IMG/VR virus record: IMGVR_UViG_2547132272_000023
From: a virus
Lineage: Duplodnaviria > Heunggongvirae > Uroviricota > Caudoviricetes
Length of the DNA stretch: 26,093 nucleotides
Strand: one strand, 5' to 3'
Of the stretch, positions 1 to 8,817 are shown in pieces; within the stretch, counting starts at the first letter, position 1; each line of letters begins with the position of its first letter. A model generated the notes under the pieces. That model was given only the letters and a program-made list of their open reading frames with translations, was not told where the DNA came from and did no database searches. Made by a program: the position numbers and the translations under genes.

Positions 1-1410
1 ATGTCTTTTCTTGATATAAAAAAAATGAGTAAAGAGAGGTTTAATGCTTTTGTTGATTGGACCAGAATGCCAAATACTGAACTTTTAGGTTATGAGTTTG
101 AGTGGTACTGTAGTCCGAGAGAGTTCCTGCTAGGGGCACTATTATTGGATCAAATCGATGAAGATTATAGCGGTATTGTTTTAGCAAGAGACTTAAGTGG
201 GAGATATAGATGTATTGACCTATTTACTAGTGTTTCAGAAATGAATTCTGCACGAGCAAAACTAAAGAAATTAATGCGGAAGCATACTAAATTAAACGTA
301 AAAGTATTTCCACAAGGTGATGAAACTTATAAAGCAATGGATTTATTCACACCTATAGTTACACTAGATAAACTTCATCATCATTTTTCATTATTTGGTA
401 AATACGCGAACTGGTCGCCTGCAACAGGGATAATCAAGGAAATGATGAATCATTTTGAGGATGTCGACGGGAATTTTATAGAGCAGTTTCAGACAACAGG
501 TTTTGATGCCCGGCTATGGGAGTTATATCTTTTCGCATATTTACGAGAGGAACACTTTTGGCTAGATAGGCAGTTTAATGCCCCTGATTATGTGGCACGT
601 AAGTATGGTAATACTATTTGCATTGAAGCTGTAACGGTTAATCCAACAGGGAATGATATTAATCAATCATCTGAAATGCTATCTGAACCTAAAAGTAAGG
701 AAGAATTGCTAGAGAAAATAGAGAATTATATGCCGATTAAATTTGGAAGTTCTCTCTATTCTAAACTGAAAAAGAAAACTCGATACTGGGATCTAGAACA
801 TGTTAAGGGGAATCCTTTAATTTTCGCAATTGCTGATTTTCATGAACCAAACTCTATGATTTGGTCCCATAGTGCACTTTGGCAGTATCTTTATGGTATT
901 CGCTATGAGCATGTTAAATCTGAAGATGGATGTTACAGTTTAGCAACTAAGAAAATTATATCGCATCAATTTGAGAAAAAGGAAATTCCTTCAGGCTTTT
1001 TCTTCTTGGATGAGTCTGAAAATATTTCGGCCGTCCTTAGTTCTAATAGTGGTACTATATCGAAGTTTAATCGGATGGGAAAACTGGCTGGTTTTGGAAG
1101 AAGTGACCTTAGATTATTTAGGAGTGGTTACTGCCATGATCATGACCCAGAGGCATTATATCCAGCAGCATTTAGTTTTGAAGTGAAAGAAGGCGATATT
1201 ACAGAAACATGGGCAGAAGGTTTAAATATGTATCATAATCCTAATGCTAAATATCCTGTAGATCCTGATTTATTTCCTTCAATAGCACATCATTTTCTTG
1301 AAAATGGAGAGGTTAAAAGTATAGTGCCTGACTTTCATCCGTATACATCTATTACCATAAATGTCTTAACTCAAAATAATAAAAAACAAAAAATCAGAGT
1401 AGATGAGTAA
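1..1410 (+). CDS. Hypothetical protein, AT-rich cargo gene at the P2 old/tin hotspot position; candidate accessory/defence function
   Basis: Uninterrupted 469-codon ORF, visibly AT-rich against the GC-rich phage backbone, convergent with portal gene Q. No Walker A, HNH, zinc-finger or transmembrane signature recognised by eye. ATG lies exactly at window position 1, so the true start may be upstream. Confidence 0.55.
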   Translation: MSFLDIKKMSKERFNAFVDWTRMPNTELLGYEFEWYCSPREFLLGALLLDQIDEDYSGIVLARDLSGRYRCIDLFTSVSEMNSARAKLKKLMRKHTKLNVKVFPQGDETYKAMDLFTPIVTLDKLHHHFSLFGKYANWSPATGIIKEMMNHFEDVDGNFIEQFQTTGFDARLWELYLFAYLREEHFWLDRQFNAPDYVARKYGNTICIEAVTVNPTGNDINQSSEMLSEPKSKEELLEKIENYMPIKFGSSLYSKLKKKTRYWDLEHVKGNPLIFAIADFHEPNSMIWSHSALWQYLYGIRYEHVKSEDGCYSLATKKIISHQFEKKEIPSGFFFLDESENISAVLSSNSGTISKFNRMGKLAGFGRSDLRLFRSGYCHDHDPEALYPAAFSFEVKEGDITETWAEGLNMYHNPNAKYPVDPDLFPSIAHHFLENGEVKSIVPDFHPYTSITINVLTQNNKKQKIRVDE

Positions 1411-1430
1411 TTAATTAGGTTTATTCTTGT

Positions 1431-1453
1431 TAACCACCTCATAGAGGTGGTTA
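1431..1453. terminator. Perfect 10-bp inverted repeat (TAACCACCTC-ATA-GAGGTGGTTA) between convergent genes; putative bidirectional terminator
   Basis: Read directly from sequence; lies in the 47-bp gap between the orphan ORF stop (1410) and the Q stop (1458), AT-rich flanks. Confidence 0.4.
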
Positions 1454-1457
1454 TTAA

Positions 1458-2495
1458 TTAGTCTAGGGATAGTTGATATTCTTTGAATGTAATAATATTA
1501 TTTTTTAGCCATAAATTTAATTCTTCGAAACGTTTTTGCAAAGGTATTAATTCATTACGAACAAATACCCGACTTGCCTTCTCCACATCCCCAAACCCCC
1601 CAACATTATTCGGCAAAATTCCCATCATCTGAGGCGGTACGCGGTGTGCAGCCATCATGTCGTCTCGGCTCACGTTCTTGATGTTCAGAAATTCATCTTT
1701 CGCTGCGACTTCTGACAACGGGATGATCTGAAGCCCGTCCTTTTTGCCGTTAGGCGAGTACATAAACAGGTTGCGGAAGTTGCCAGGGCCTTTGGCGCTT
1801 TTCATCGCGTTGCGGAGGTTGTTCACATCTTCCTGGTTCTGCGCGGCGTCGGTCATATACATGATGAAGCCTGCATGACTGCCGTTAATGTAATACTTGC
1901 GGCGGAACAGCGTGGCAGACTCGTTGAGCAGGGCGGATGGAATAGCAGAAAGATAACCGGGCAGGCCGTAGATCTCCTGGTTGATGTCCGGTTCCATCAG
2001 ATGAAAGATGCTGCCTTTCGTGAACTGATATGGCTGCGTGGTCATACCGTATTGCACAAACCAGTAGGTATCCAGGTCTAACCCGCGTCGGGTGTATTTT
2101 GCCAAGGCAGGTTCAAGGGCGATAACTTCACCGAAGCGGTTCGTGCGTTTCTCCAGGTAGGCGTTACCAAATACCAGATAGTCCTGCACAAAACGCGAAA
2201 AAGCCTGCTGGCTGAGCAGCGGGTGAGGGATGTAGGTGCTGGTCAGAATGTTGCACTTTACTGCAATCGGGGAACTATGATGAACGGCAGCGCGGAAGGT
2301 GCGCGCCAGTCCGTCAAAGCTGACGGGCGGCTCATACCAGCGGTCCATCTGTACGCATTCCACATAATCCAGCAGTTCTCGGCGGTCCAGAACAGGAACG
2401 GGATCGCCGAAGCTGAATGCTTCGGCTGTAGTTTGACTTTTAAGCTGGATCTGTTTCGTCGCCGCAGCGCGGTTCTTCTTACTCTTTCCCATCAA
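1458..2495 (-). CDS. Q: Phage portal protein (P2 gpQ-like)
   Basis: 345 aa (P2 Q about 344 aa as recalled); ATGA start/stop overlap with the downstream terminase gene; position adjacent to P as in P2. Confidence 0.85.
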   Translation of the reverse strand: MMGKSKKNRAAATKQIQLKSQTTAEAFSFGDPVPVLDRRELLDYVECVQMDRWYEPPVSFDGLARTFRAAVHHSSPIAVKCNILTSTYIPHPLLSQQAFSRFVQDYLVFGNAYLEKRTNRFGEVIALEPALAKYTRRGLDLDTYWFVQYGMTTQPYQFTKGSIFHLMEPDINQEIYGLPGYLSAIPSALLNESATLFRRKYYINGSHAGFIMYMTDAAQNQEDVNNLRNAMKSAKGPGNFRNLFMYSPNGKKDGLQIIPLSEVAAKDEFLNIKNVSRDDMMAAHRVPPQMMGILPNNVGGFGDVEKASRVFVRNELIPLQKRFEELNLWLKNNIITFKEYQLSLD

Positions 2496-4258
2496 AAAAT
2501 CTCCACAATATTGCTGGTATTGGCGGATTCGCCCTGCAGCGGTTCGTTAAACAGTGCGTGCATCGTTGCCCAGGCCAGATCGGCGTGGCTGGCTTCTTCG
2601 CTGCGGCTGGCTTCATAGGTCGGGCGGTTGCCACTGGCGGTGGTGGCTCGACGGATTGCCATAAAGGACTGCGCTATGTCGGTGTGTCCGGCGTCAAACT
2701 CCAGACGGCGGTGGCTGATAATGTCGTAGGCCTTGAGTACCAGGGCGTTTTTAACGTTGGGGTTGTAGACAAACTCCCGGACGGCAGGAAAAAACGCTTT
2801 CACGTTCTCGTAAACCCCGTGACCAACGCCGGTTGAGTCGATACCGATATAGGTCACGTTGTACTGTTCGGTCAGTTTTTTGATGGCGTCAGCCTGGGCG
2901 CGGAAGTCCATTCCGCGCCACTGGTGACGCTCAAGAATGCGGAACTTACCGCCCGGCACGGCTGGCGGCGCCACCACCACGCATCCGGCGCTGTCGCCGT
3001 TCTGCGTACCTTTCGCCGGGTCATATCCGATCCACACTTCGCGCCAGCCAAACGGGCGCAGGGCCAGTGCATGAAAGTCGGTCCAGACTTCCCAACTGTC
3101 CACCATGCACGCCTGCAGCTCGCTGAGTGGGAACACAGACGCGAGATCGTCCACGAACTCACACATCAGCAGGTTCTGGTATTCGTCCGGGCTGTACTCC
3201 ATGCGCAACTGGTCGAGGTCGAACAGGTTACAGCCGCCGCGCACCGCATCTTCCACAGTGACTATCTGGCGGTACTGCCCGTCTGCGCACAGCAGGCCGG
3301 GGGCCAGATTGCTGTGGGACAGGTCGATGTCCACCTTATCGGCTTTGTTGCGCCCTCGGTTGAACAGCGCACCGGACCAGAACGGATAAGCACTGTGTGT
3401 CAGGCTGGATGGCGTGGAAAAATAGGTTTGTCGCCATTTTTTGTGAATAGCCATACCGGAAGCCACTTTGCGCAGCTCCTGGAATTTCGGTATCCAGAAA
3501 TATTCATCCAGATACAGGTTGCCGTGGTAACTCTGGGCCGTGCGGGCATTGGTGCCGAGGAAGTACAGCGTGGCCCCGTTAGGAAGCACCATCGGATCGC
3601 CTTTCAGCTCCACCTCCACTTCTTTGGCGAAGTCGATGATGTACTGCTTAAAGACGTGGGCCTGAGCCTTGCTGGCGGAAAGGAAAATCTGGTTACGCCC
3701 GGTTAGCAGGGCGTCAATCAGGGCTTCACGGGCAAAATAGAAGGTCGCGCCGATCTGGCGTGACTTCAGCAGGTTGCGGATGCGGTTGGTTTTTCCGGCT
3801 TCCCACCAGTGGCGCTGGTAGTTGAACATGGAGGAATGGAAGATTTCTTCCAGCTTCTCAATCTGTTCATCGGTGAAAACGTTCTTTTCCGGCTGACGGC
3901 GCGGGCCTTTGTTGCGGTTGGCGACGTTAGGGTTTAAGTCGGCTTCGTTGCCGCCATTGTTAAACTTGCCGATCCGCGCATGGCGCTCCGACTGGCGCGC
4001 CAGCAGGTCAATCTCTTTGAAATCTTTCCCTTCTTTGTGCTCCTTCATAATGAGCTGGCAGTAGCGTGCGGCGGTGGTGAGCTGCATCTGATCCAGCGGC
4101 CCATAGTCACCCCACTTGTCGCGTTTTTTCCAGCTGTGAACGGTTGCAACTTTCTCGCCCAGCATTTCAGCAATGCGGGCTACGCGGTATCCCTGAAAGT
4201 ACAGCAGCATGGCCTGCCGACGGGGATCGAGATCTGCGGGTGTCAGTGTGGTGTTCAT
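2492..4258 (-). CDS. P: Terminase large (ATPase) subunit (P2 gpP-like)
   Basis: 588 aa (P2 P about 590 aa); divergent from the O-N-M capsid operon across a 142-bp intergenic region, the same arrangement as P2. Confidence 0.9.
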   Translation of the reverse strand: MNTTLTPADLDPRRQAMLLYFQGYRVARIAEMLGEKVATVHSWKKRDKWGDYGPLDQMQLTTAARYCQLIMKEHKEGKDFKEIDLLARQSERHARIGKFNNGGNEADLNPNVANRNKGPRRQPEKNVFTDEQIEKLEEIFHSSMFNYQRHWWEAGKTNRIRNLLKSRQIGATFYFAREALIDALLTGRNQIFLSASKAQAHVFKQYIIDFAKEVEVELKGDPMVLPNGATLYFLGTNARTAQSYHGNLYLDEYFWIPKFQELRKVASGMAIHKKWRQTYFSTPSSLTHSAYPFWSGALFNRGRNKADKVDIDLSHSNLAPGLLCADGQYRQIVTVEDAVRGGCNLFDLDQLRMEYSPDEYQNLLMCEFVDDLASVFPLSELQACMVDSWEVWTDFHALALRPFGWREVWIGYDPAKGTQNGDSAGCVVVAPPAVPGGKFRILERHQWRGMDFRAQADAIKKLTEQYNVTYIGIDSTGVGHGVYENVKAFFPAVREFVYNPNVKNALVLKAYDIISHRRLEFDAGHTDIAQSFMAIRRATTASGNRPTYEASRSEEASHADLAWATMHALFNEPLQGESANTSNIVEIF

Positions 4259-4304
4259 GGCACAAACCTACAGCCTTGAATGAAGGCTTTCCCCGCCTGC
4301 GGTT

Positions 4305-4322
4305 TGTGTGGTTGTCGGTACA
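4305..4322. promoter_or_regulatory. TGT-N12-ACA dyad in the P/O divergent intergenic region; putative Ogr-dependent late promoter element (PO and/or PP)
   Basis: Sequence TGTgtggttgtcggtACA about 80 bp upstream of the O start codon; matches the P2 late-promoter activator-binding dyad as recalled. Confidence 0.4.
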
Positions 4323-4400
4323 AATACCGCGCATTGTTTCACTGCCCCCATCACCGCAACCATAAGGCTCCAGTAAGTTTTTTCTAACGGAGCACGGCTC

Positions 4401-5234
4401 ATGACAGTGAAAGCAAAGCGTTTTCGCATCGGGGTGGAAGGTGCCACCACCGACGGACGCGAAATCCAGCGTGAATGGCTGGAACAGATGGCAGCCAGCT
4501 ACAACCCGGCGGTGTATACCGCGCTGATTAACCTTGAGCACATCAAGTCTTATCTGCCGGACAGCACCTTTAACCGCTACGGCAAGGTGACGGCGCTGTT
4601 TGCTGAAGAAATCACGGAAGGTCCGCTGGCAGGCAAGATGGCGCTGTATGCCGACGTTGAGCCAACGGAGTCCCTGGTGGAACTGGTGAAAAAAGGCCAG
4701 AAATTATTCACCTCTATGGAAGTCAGCCCGAAGTTCGCTGATACGGGCAAAGCCTATCTGGTCGGCCTGGCGGCCACTGATGACCCTGCCAGTCTGGGTA
4801 CGGAAATGCTGACATTCAGCGCCAGTGCAGCCCATAACCCGCTGGCAAACCGCAAGCAGAATCCTGCCAATCTCTTTACCGCTGCAGAGGAAACGGTGAT
4901 CGAACTGGAAGAAATCCAGGACGACAAACCGTCCCTGTTTGCCCGCGTCACGGCGCTGTTTACCAAAAAAGAGCAGTCCGATGACGCCCGGTTCTCTGAT
5001 GTGCATAAGGCCGTGGAGCTGGTCGCCACTGAGCAGCAGAACCTGAGCGCACGCACCGAAAAATCCCTGTCTGAGCAGGAAGAACGCCTGTCTGAGCTGG
5101 AGACTGCCCTGCAGGCACAGCAAACCGCCTTTAACGAACTGGTGGACAAGCTGAGTCATGAAGACAGTCGCCAGGACTACCGCCAGCGTGCAACAGGCGG
5201 TAACGCCCCCGCTGACACTCTGACCAATTGCTGA
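4401..5234 (+). CDS. O: Capsid scaffolding protein (P2 gpO-like)
   Basis: 277 aa (P2 O about 284 aa), first gene of the O-N-M-L operon; acidic, coiled-coil-like C-terminal half. Confidence 0.85.
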   Translation: MTVKAKRFRIGVEGATTDGREIQREWLEQMAASYNPAVYTALINLEHIKSYLPDSTFNRYGKVTALFAEEITEGPLAGKMALYADVEPTESLVELVKKGQKLFTSMEVSPKFADTGKAYLVGLAATDDPASLGTEMLTFSASAAHNPLANRKQNPANLFTAAEETVIELEEIQDDKPSLFARVTALFTKKEQSDDARFSDVHKAVELVATEQQNLSARTEKSLSEQEERLSELETALQAQQTAFNELVDKLSHEDSRQDYRQRATGGNAPADTLTNC

Positions 5235-5250
5235 TGGAGCACAAAACCCG

Positions 5251-6309
5251 ATGAAGAAGAATACCCGCTTTGCTTTTAACGCTTACCTGCAGCAGCTGGC
5301 GCGTCTGAACGGTGTGGCAGTTGAAGAACTGTCCAGCAAGTTCACCGTGGAGCCGTCTGTGCAGCAGACGCTGGAAGACCAGATCCAGCAGTCCGCCGCT
5401 TTCCTGACGCTGATTAACGTCACGCCAGTGACTGAGCAGTCCGGTCAGCTGCTGGGGCTGGGAGTTGGCAGCACCATTGCCGGAACCACTGACACCACCG
5501 CGAAAGAGCGTGAACCTGTCGATCCGACGCTGATGGTCGATGTGGAATATAAATGCGAGCAGACCAACTTTGACACGGTGCTGACCTACGCGAAGCTGGA
5601 CCTGTGGGCGAAGTTTCAGGATTTCCAGGTGCGCATCCGTGACGCCATCGTGAAACGTCAGGCTCTGGACCGCATCATGATCGGCTTTAACGGCGTGAAG
5701 CGTGCGAAAACCTCCAACCGTAGCGAAAACCCGCTGCTGCAGGATGTGAACAAAGGCTGGCTGCAGAAAATCCGTGAAGATGCACCGGATCACGTCATGG
5801 GCAGCACCACCACGGGCGGTGAAACCACACCGGGTGCGGTGAAAGTCGGGAAAGGTGGCGAATATGCCAACCTGGACGCCGTGGTGATGGATGCCGTCAA
5901 TGAGCTTATCGATGTGGTCTACCAGGACGATGACGATCTGGTGGTGATTTGCGGTCGTGAACTGCTGTCTGACAAGTATTTCCCGCTGGTCAACAAAGAG
6001 CAGGAAAACAGTGAAAAACTGGCTGCCGATATGATCATCAGTCAGAAACGCATGGGTGGCCTGCAGGCCGTGCGTGCGCCGTTCTTCCCGCCGAATGCAC
6101 TGCTGATCACCCGTCTGGATAACCTGTCCATCTACTGGCAGGAAGACACCCGCCGCCGCTCAGTTATCGACAACCCGAAACGTGACCGGATTGAAAACTT
6201 TGAATCCGTTAACGAAGCCTATGTGGTTGAGGACTACCGCTGCGCCGCACTGGTGGAAAACATCCAGATTGGCGACTTCAGCGCCGCAGCAGCAGAAACC
6301 GGAGCGTAA
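5251..6309 (+). CDS. N: Major capsid protein (P2 gpN-like)
   Basis: 352 aa, immediately downstream of the scaffold gene; position and length as P2 N. Confidence 0.85.
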   Translation: MKKNTRFAFNAYLQQLARLNGVAVEELSSKFTVEPSVQQTLEDQIQQSAAFLTLINVTPVTEQSGQLLGLGVGSTIAGTTDTTAKEREPVDPTLMVDVEYKCEQTNFDTVLTYAKLDLWAKFQDFQVRIRDAIVKRQALDRIMIGFNGVKRAKTSNRSENPLLQDVNKGWLQKIREDAPDHVMGSTTTGGETTPGAVKVGKGGEYANLDAVVMDAVNELIDVVYQDDDDLVVICGRELLSDKYFPLVNKEQENSEKLAADMIISQKRMGGLQAVRAPFFPPNALLITRLDNLSIYWQEDTRRRSVIDNPKRDRIENFESVNEAYVVEDYRCAALVENIQIGDFSAAAAETGA

Positions 6310-6312
6310 TTC

Positions 6313-6963
6313 ATGAGCCTGAGTCCCGCACGGCAGCATCGCCTGCGCGTTCAGGCTGAACAGGCCGCCCGCGAGGGCGGCAGCGTTCGCCACGCGTCGG
6401 GCTATGACCTGATGCTGCTGCAACTGGCGGAAGACCGCCGCCGTCTCAAGGGCGTTCAGTCCACGGTCAAAAAAGCGGAAATCAAGGTGGAGCTGCTGCC
6501 GAAGTACGCCGCCTGGGCGGAGGGTGTCCTGGCTGCCGGAGGCGCTCAACAGGATGACGTGCTGATGTACGTGATGCTGTGGCGCATTGATGCCGGAGAT
6601 TATGCCGGGGCGCTGGAGATCGGGCGTCACGCCCTGCGTCATGGCTGGGTGATGCCGTTAGGTAACCGCAACGTGCAGACCGTGCTGGCAGAGGAAATGG
6701 CAGATGCAGCCCAGAGCGCAATGCTTGCCGCCACCGGCTTTGATGCCGATCTGTTGCTGCAGACCCTGGAGCTGACAGACGGTATGGATATGCCGGACCA
6801 GTCACGGGCGCGTCTGCATAAAGCGATTGGCGCTGTCCTGAGTGAAAGAAATCCGGCGTCTGCCCTTAATCATCTCAACCATGCGTTACAGCTCGATCCC
6901 CGCTGTGGCGTGAAAAAAGACAAACAGCAGCTGGAGCGCAGACTGCGCAATGACAGCCGCTGA
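6313..6963 (+). CDS. M: Terminase small/endonuclease subunit (P2 gpM-like)
   Basis: 216 aa ORF starting 4 bp after the N stop; position as P2 M. Confidence 0.8.
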   Translation: MSLSPARQHRLRVQAEQAAREGGSVRHASGYDLMLLQLAEDRRRLKGVQSTVKKAEIKVELLPKYAAWAEGVLAAGGAQQDDVLMYVMLWRIDAGDYAGALEIGRHALRHGWVMPLGNRNVQTVLAEEMADAAQSAMLAATGFDADLLLQTLELTDGMDMPDQSRARLHKAIGAVLSERNPASALNHLNHALQLDPRCGVKKDKQQLERRLRNDSR

Positions 6964-7058
6964 CAGAACGTGCCCCCGCGCACGGGCGGCACGGGGTGGC
7001 GAAAGGCACTGCCACATCAAAACCCCGTCCACCGCCCTCTATTTCAGGAGAAAGCAGC

Positions 7059-7523
7059 ATGAAGTTTGTTGCGCCAGAACAGGCACCGGAACAGGCGGAA
7101 ATCATCAGGAATACGCCGTTCTGGCCTGATGTGGACCTGTCGGAGTTTCGCAGTGTGATGCGCACTGACGGCACGGTGACGCAGCCGCGTTTAAAACAGG
7201 TTGCCCTGTCGGCAATTTCGGAGGTCAACGCAGAGCTGTATGAGTTTCGCAGACGCCAGCAGATGCTGGGGTATGCCTCGCTGGCAGAAGTCCCGGCGGA
7301 ACAACTGGACGGCAAAAGCGAGCGCATTCAGCACTATTTCAACGCGGTTTACTGCTGGGCACGCGCCATGCTCAACGAACGTTACCAGGACTATGACGCC
7401 ACGGCATCCGGTGCGAAGCGAGGCGAGGAACTGGCGGAAGCAAGCGGTGATTTATGGCGTGACGCCCGCTGGGCCATCCGCCGGGTGCAGGATGCGCCGC
7501 ACTGCACAGTGGAGCTTATCTGA
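7059..7523 (+). CDS. L: Head completion/stabilisation protein (P2 gpL-like)
   Basis: Start chosen at ATG 7059, preceded by AGGAG at 7046-7050; the longer ORF from 6996 has no ribosome-binding site. Position as P2 L. Confidence 0.75.
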   Translation: MKFVAPEQAPEQAEIIRNTPFWPDVDLSEFRSVMRTDGTVTQPRLKQVALSAISEVNAELYEFRRRQQMLGYASLAEVPAEQLDGKSERIQHYFNAVYCWARAMLNERYQDYDATASGAKRGEELAEASGDLWRDARWAIRRVQDAPHCTVELI

Positions 7524-7726
7524 TGAAAGTGCGTGCGCATCAGTATGACACGGTGGACGCGCTTTGCTGGCGTCATTACGGGCGCACGCAGGGTGTCACG
7601 GAGCAGGTACTGAAGGCAAATCCGGGGCTTGCCGAATATGGCCCCTTTTTACCTCACGGGCTGCAGGTGGAGCTGCCGGACATTCCGACCACCACCACCG
7701 TGCAGACCGTCCAGCTATGGGACTGA
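7523..7726 (+). CDS. X: Tail protein X (P2 gpX-like)
   Basis: 67 aa, same length as P2 X; start overlaps the L stop. Confidence 0.7.
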   Translation: MKVRAHQYDTVDALCWRHYGRTQGVTEQVLKANPGLAEYGPFLPHGLQVELPDIPTTTTVQTVQLWD

Positions 7727-7729
7727 ATT

Positions 7730-7945
7730 ATGACGCTTGAGCGAATCAGCGCCTTTATCACGTATTGCATCGCCGTCGTGCTGGCCTGGCTGGGCGATTT
7801 GTCCATCAAGGATGCCTCAACGCTGGGCGGCCTGATGATTGGTGTGCTGATGCTGGCTATCAACTGGTACTACAAACACAAAGCCTACCAGCTTCTGCGC
7901 GACGGGCAGATCTCGCGGGAGGACTATGAATCCATCAATCGTTAA
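7730..7945 (+). CDS. Y: Holin (P2 gpY position)
   Basis: 71-aa protein with hydrophobic helices and a charged C-terminus, directly upstream of the endolysin gene. Confidence 0.7.
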   Translation: MTLERISAFITYCIAVVLAWLGDLSIKDASTLGGLMIGVLMLAINWYYKHKAYQLLRDGQISREDYESINR

Positions 7946-8438
7946 ACGCTGCCTTGTCGGGGCCGTGCTGGCTATTGCTGCCACGCTGCCGGGTTTTCAG
8001 CAGCTTCACACCTCCGTGGAGGGGCTGAAACTGATTGCCGATTACGAAGGTTGTCGTCTGCAGCCGTATCAGTGCAGCGCGGGTGTCTGGACCGACGGCA
8101 TTGGTAATACGTCAGGCGTCATTCCCGGCAAAACCATTACGGAGCGACAGGCAGCAGAAGGGCTGATCTCCAACGTGCTGCGTGTCGAGCGGGCGCTGGA
8201 AAGGTGTGTGAAGCAACTGCCGCCGCAGAAGGTGTATGACGCTGCGGTGTCGTTTGCCTTCAACGTGGGAACAGGCAATGCCTGCAGTTCCACGCTGGTG
8301 AATTTACTCAATCAGCGGCGCTGGGCAGATGCGTGCCGACAGTTGCCGCGCTGGGTTTATGTGAAAGGTGTTTTTAATCAGGGGCTGGATAACCGCCGTG
8401 CGCGGGAGATGGCCTGGTGTTTACAGGGAGCAAACTGA
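7926..8438 (+). CDS. K: Endolysin/lysozyme (P2 gpK-like), with hydrophobic N-terminal segment
   Basis: 170 aa; N-terminus MNPSIVKRCLVGAVLAIAATLPG is hydrophobic (possible signal-anchor-release type), followed by a lysozyme-like region; overlaps the Y stop. Confidence 0.8.
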   Translation: MNPSIVKRCLVGAVLAIAATLPGFQQLHTSVEGLKLIADYEGCRLQPYQCSAGVWTDGIGNTSGVIPGKTITERQAAEGLISNVLRVERALERCVKQLPPQKVYDAAVSFAFNVGTGNACSSTLVNLLNQRRWADACRQLPRWVYVKGVFNQGLDNRRAREMAWCLQGAN

Positions 8439-8439
8439 A

Positions 8440-8817
8440 ATGAAAAAGAAATTAATCAGCGGACTGTTTCTGATGTTATGGATGGCGCTGTTAATCGCAG
8501 CAATGGTGTATCCGCAGGGGATTTTTCCGGTACTGGCAGCGTCCGGCGTTTGGGTAGCCTGTTTGCTGACATGGGCGGTAATTCCGGTAGCACTGGCTGC
8601 GTTAATTAAGAATGGCCCGCTCTGGCAGGAGTTAAGGGCATCTTTGCTGAAGACAATTACCCGAAAAGAAAACGTATTTACCAGTTGGGTGATGCGATTG
8701 CTGATTGTTGTAAGTCTCGCCTGGACGGGGTGGGCTATTACCCTGGTCTTTTATCTACTGACCGTTATTGCCTTCTGGATCACCCGTAATCAGATGGCGC
8801 AACAGGTAGCAGCATGA
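8440..8817 (+). CDS. lysA: Lysis timing membrane protein (P2 LysA-like)
   Basis: Start at ATG 8440 preceded by GGGAG (8426-8430), one nt after the K stop; multi-pass hydrophobic protein. Confidence 0.6.
   Translation: MKKKLISGLFLMLWMALLIAAMVYPQGIFPVLAASGVWVACLLTWAVIPVALAALIKNGPLWQELRASLLKTITRKENVFTSWVMRLLIVVSLAWTGWAITLVFYLLTVIAFWITRNQMAQQVAA

Noticed and set aside
971-1186. 71-aa ORF in an alternative frame inside the 469-aa cargo ORF
   Set aside because: Fully nested in the longer ORF on the same strand; nothing supports independent expression.
2924-3706. 260-aa ORF on the plus strand, and other ORFs of 90-150 aa on both strands, inside the terminase P gene
   Set aside because: They fully overlap a confidently assigned, well-conserved gene on the opposite strand; long antisense ORFs are expected by chance in GC-rich DNA.
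6964-7058. GC-rich imperfect dyad (GGCGGCACGGGG ... CCCCGTCCACCGCC) in the M-L intergenic region
   Set aside because: Imperfect, with a long loop. It could be an attenuator or RNA structure, but the roughly 95-bp M-L spacing is the same as in P2 and I cannot separate function from chance GC-rich symmetry; noted only.
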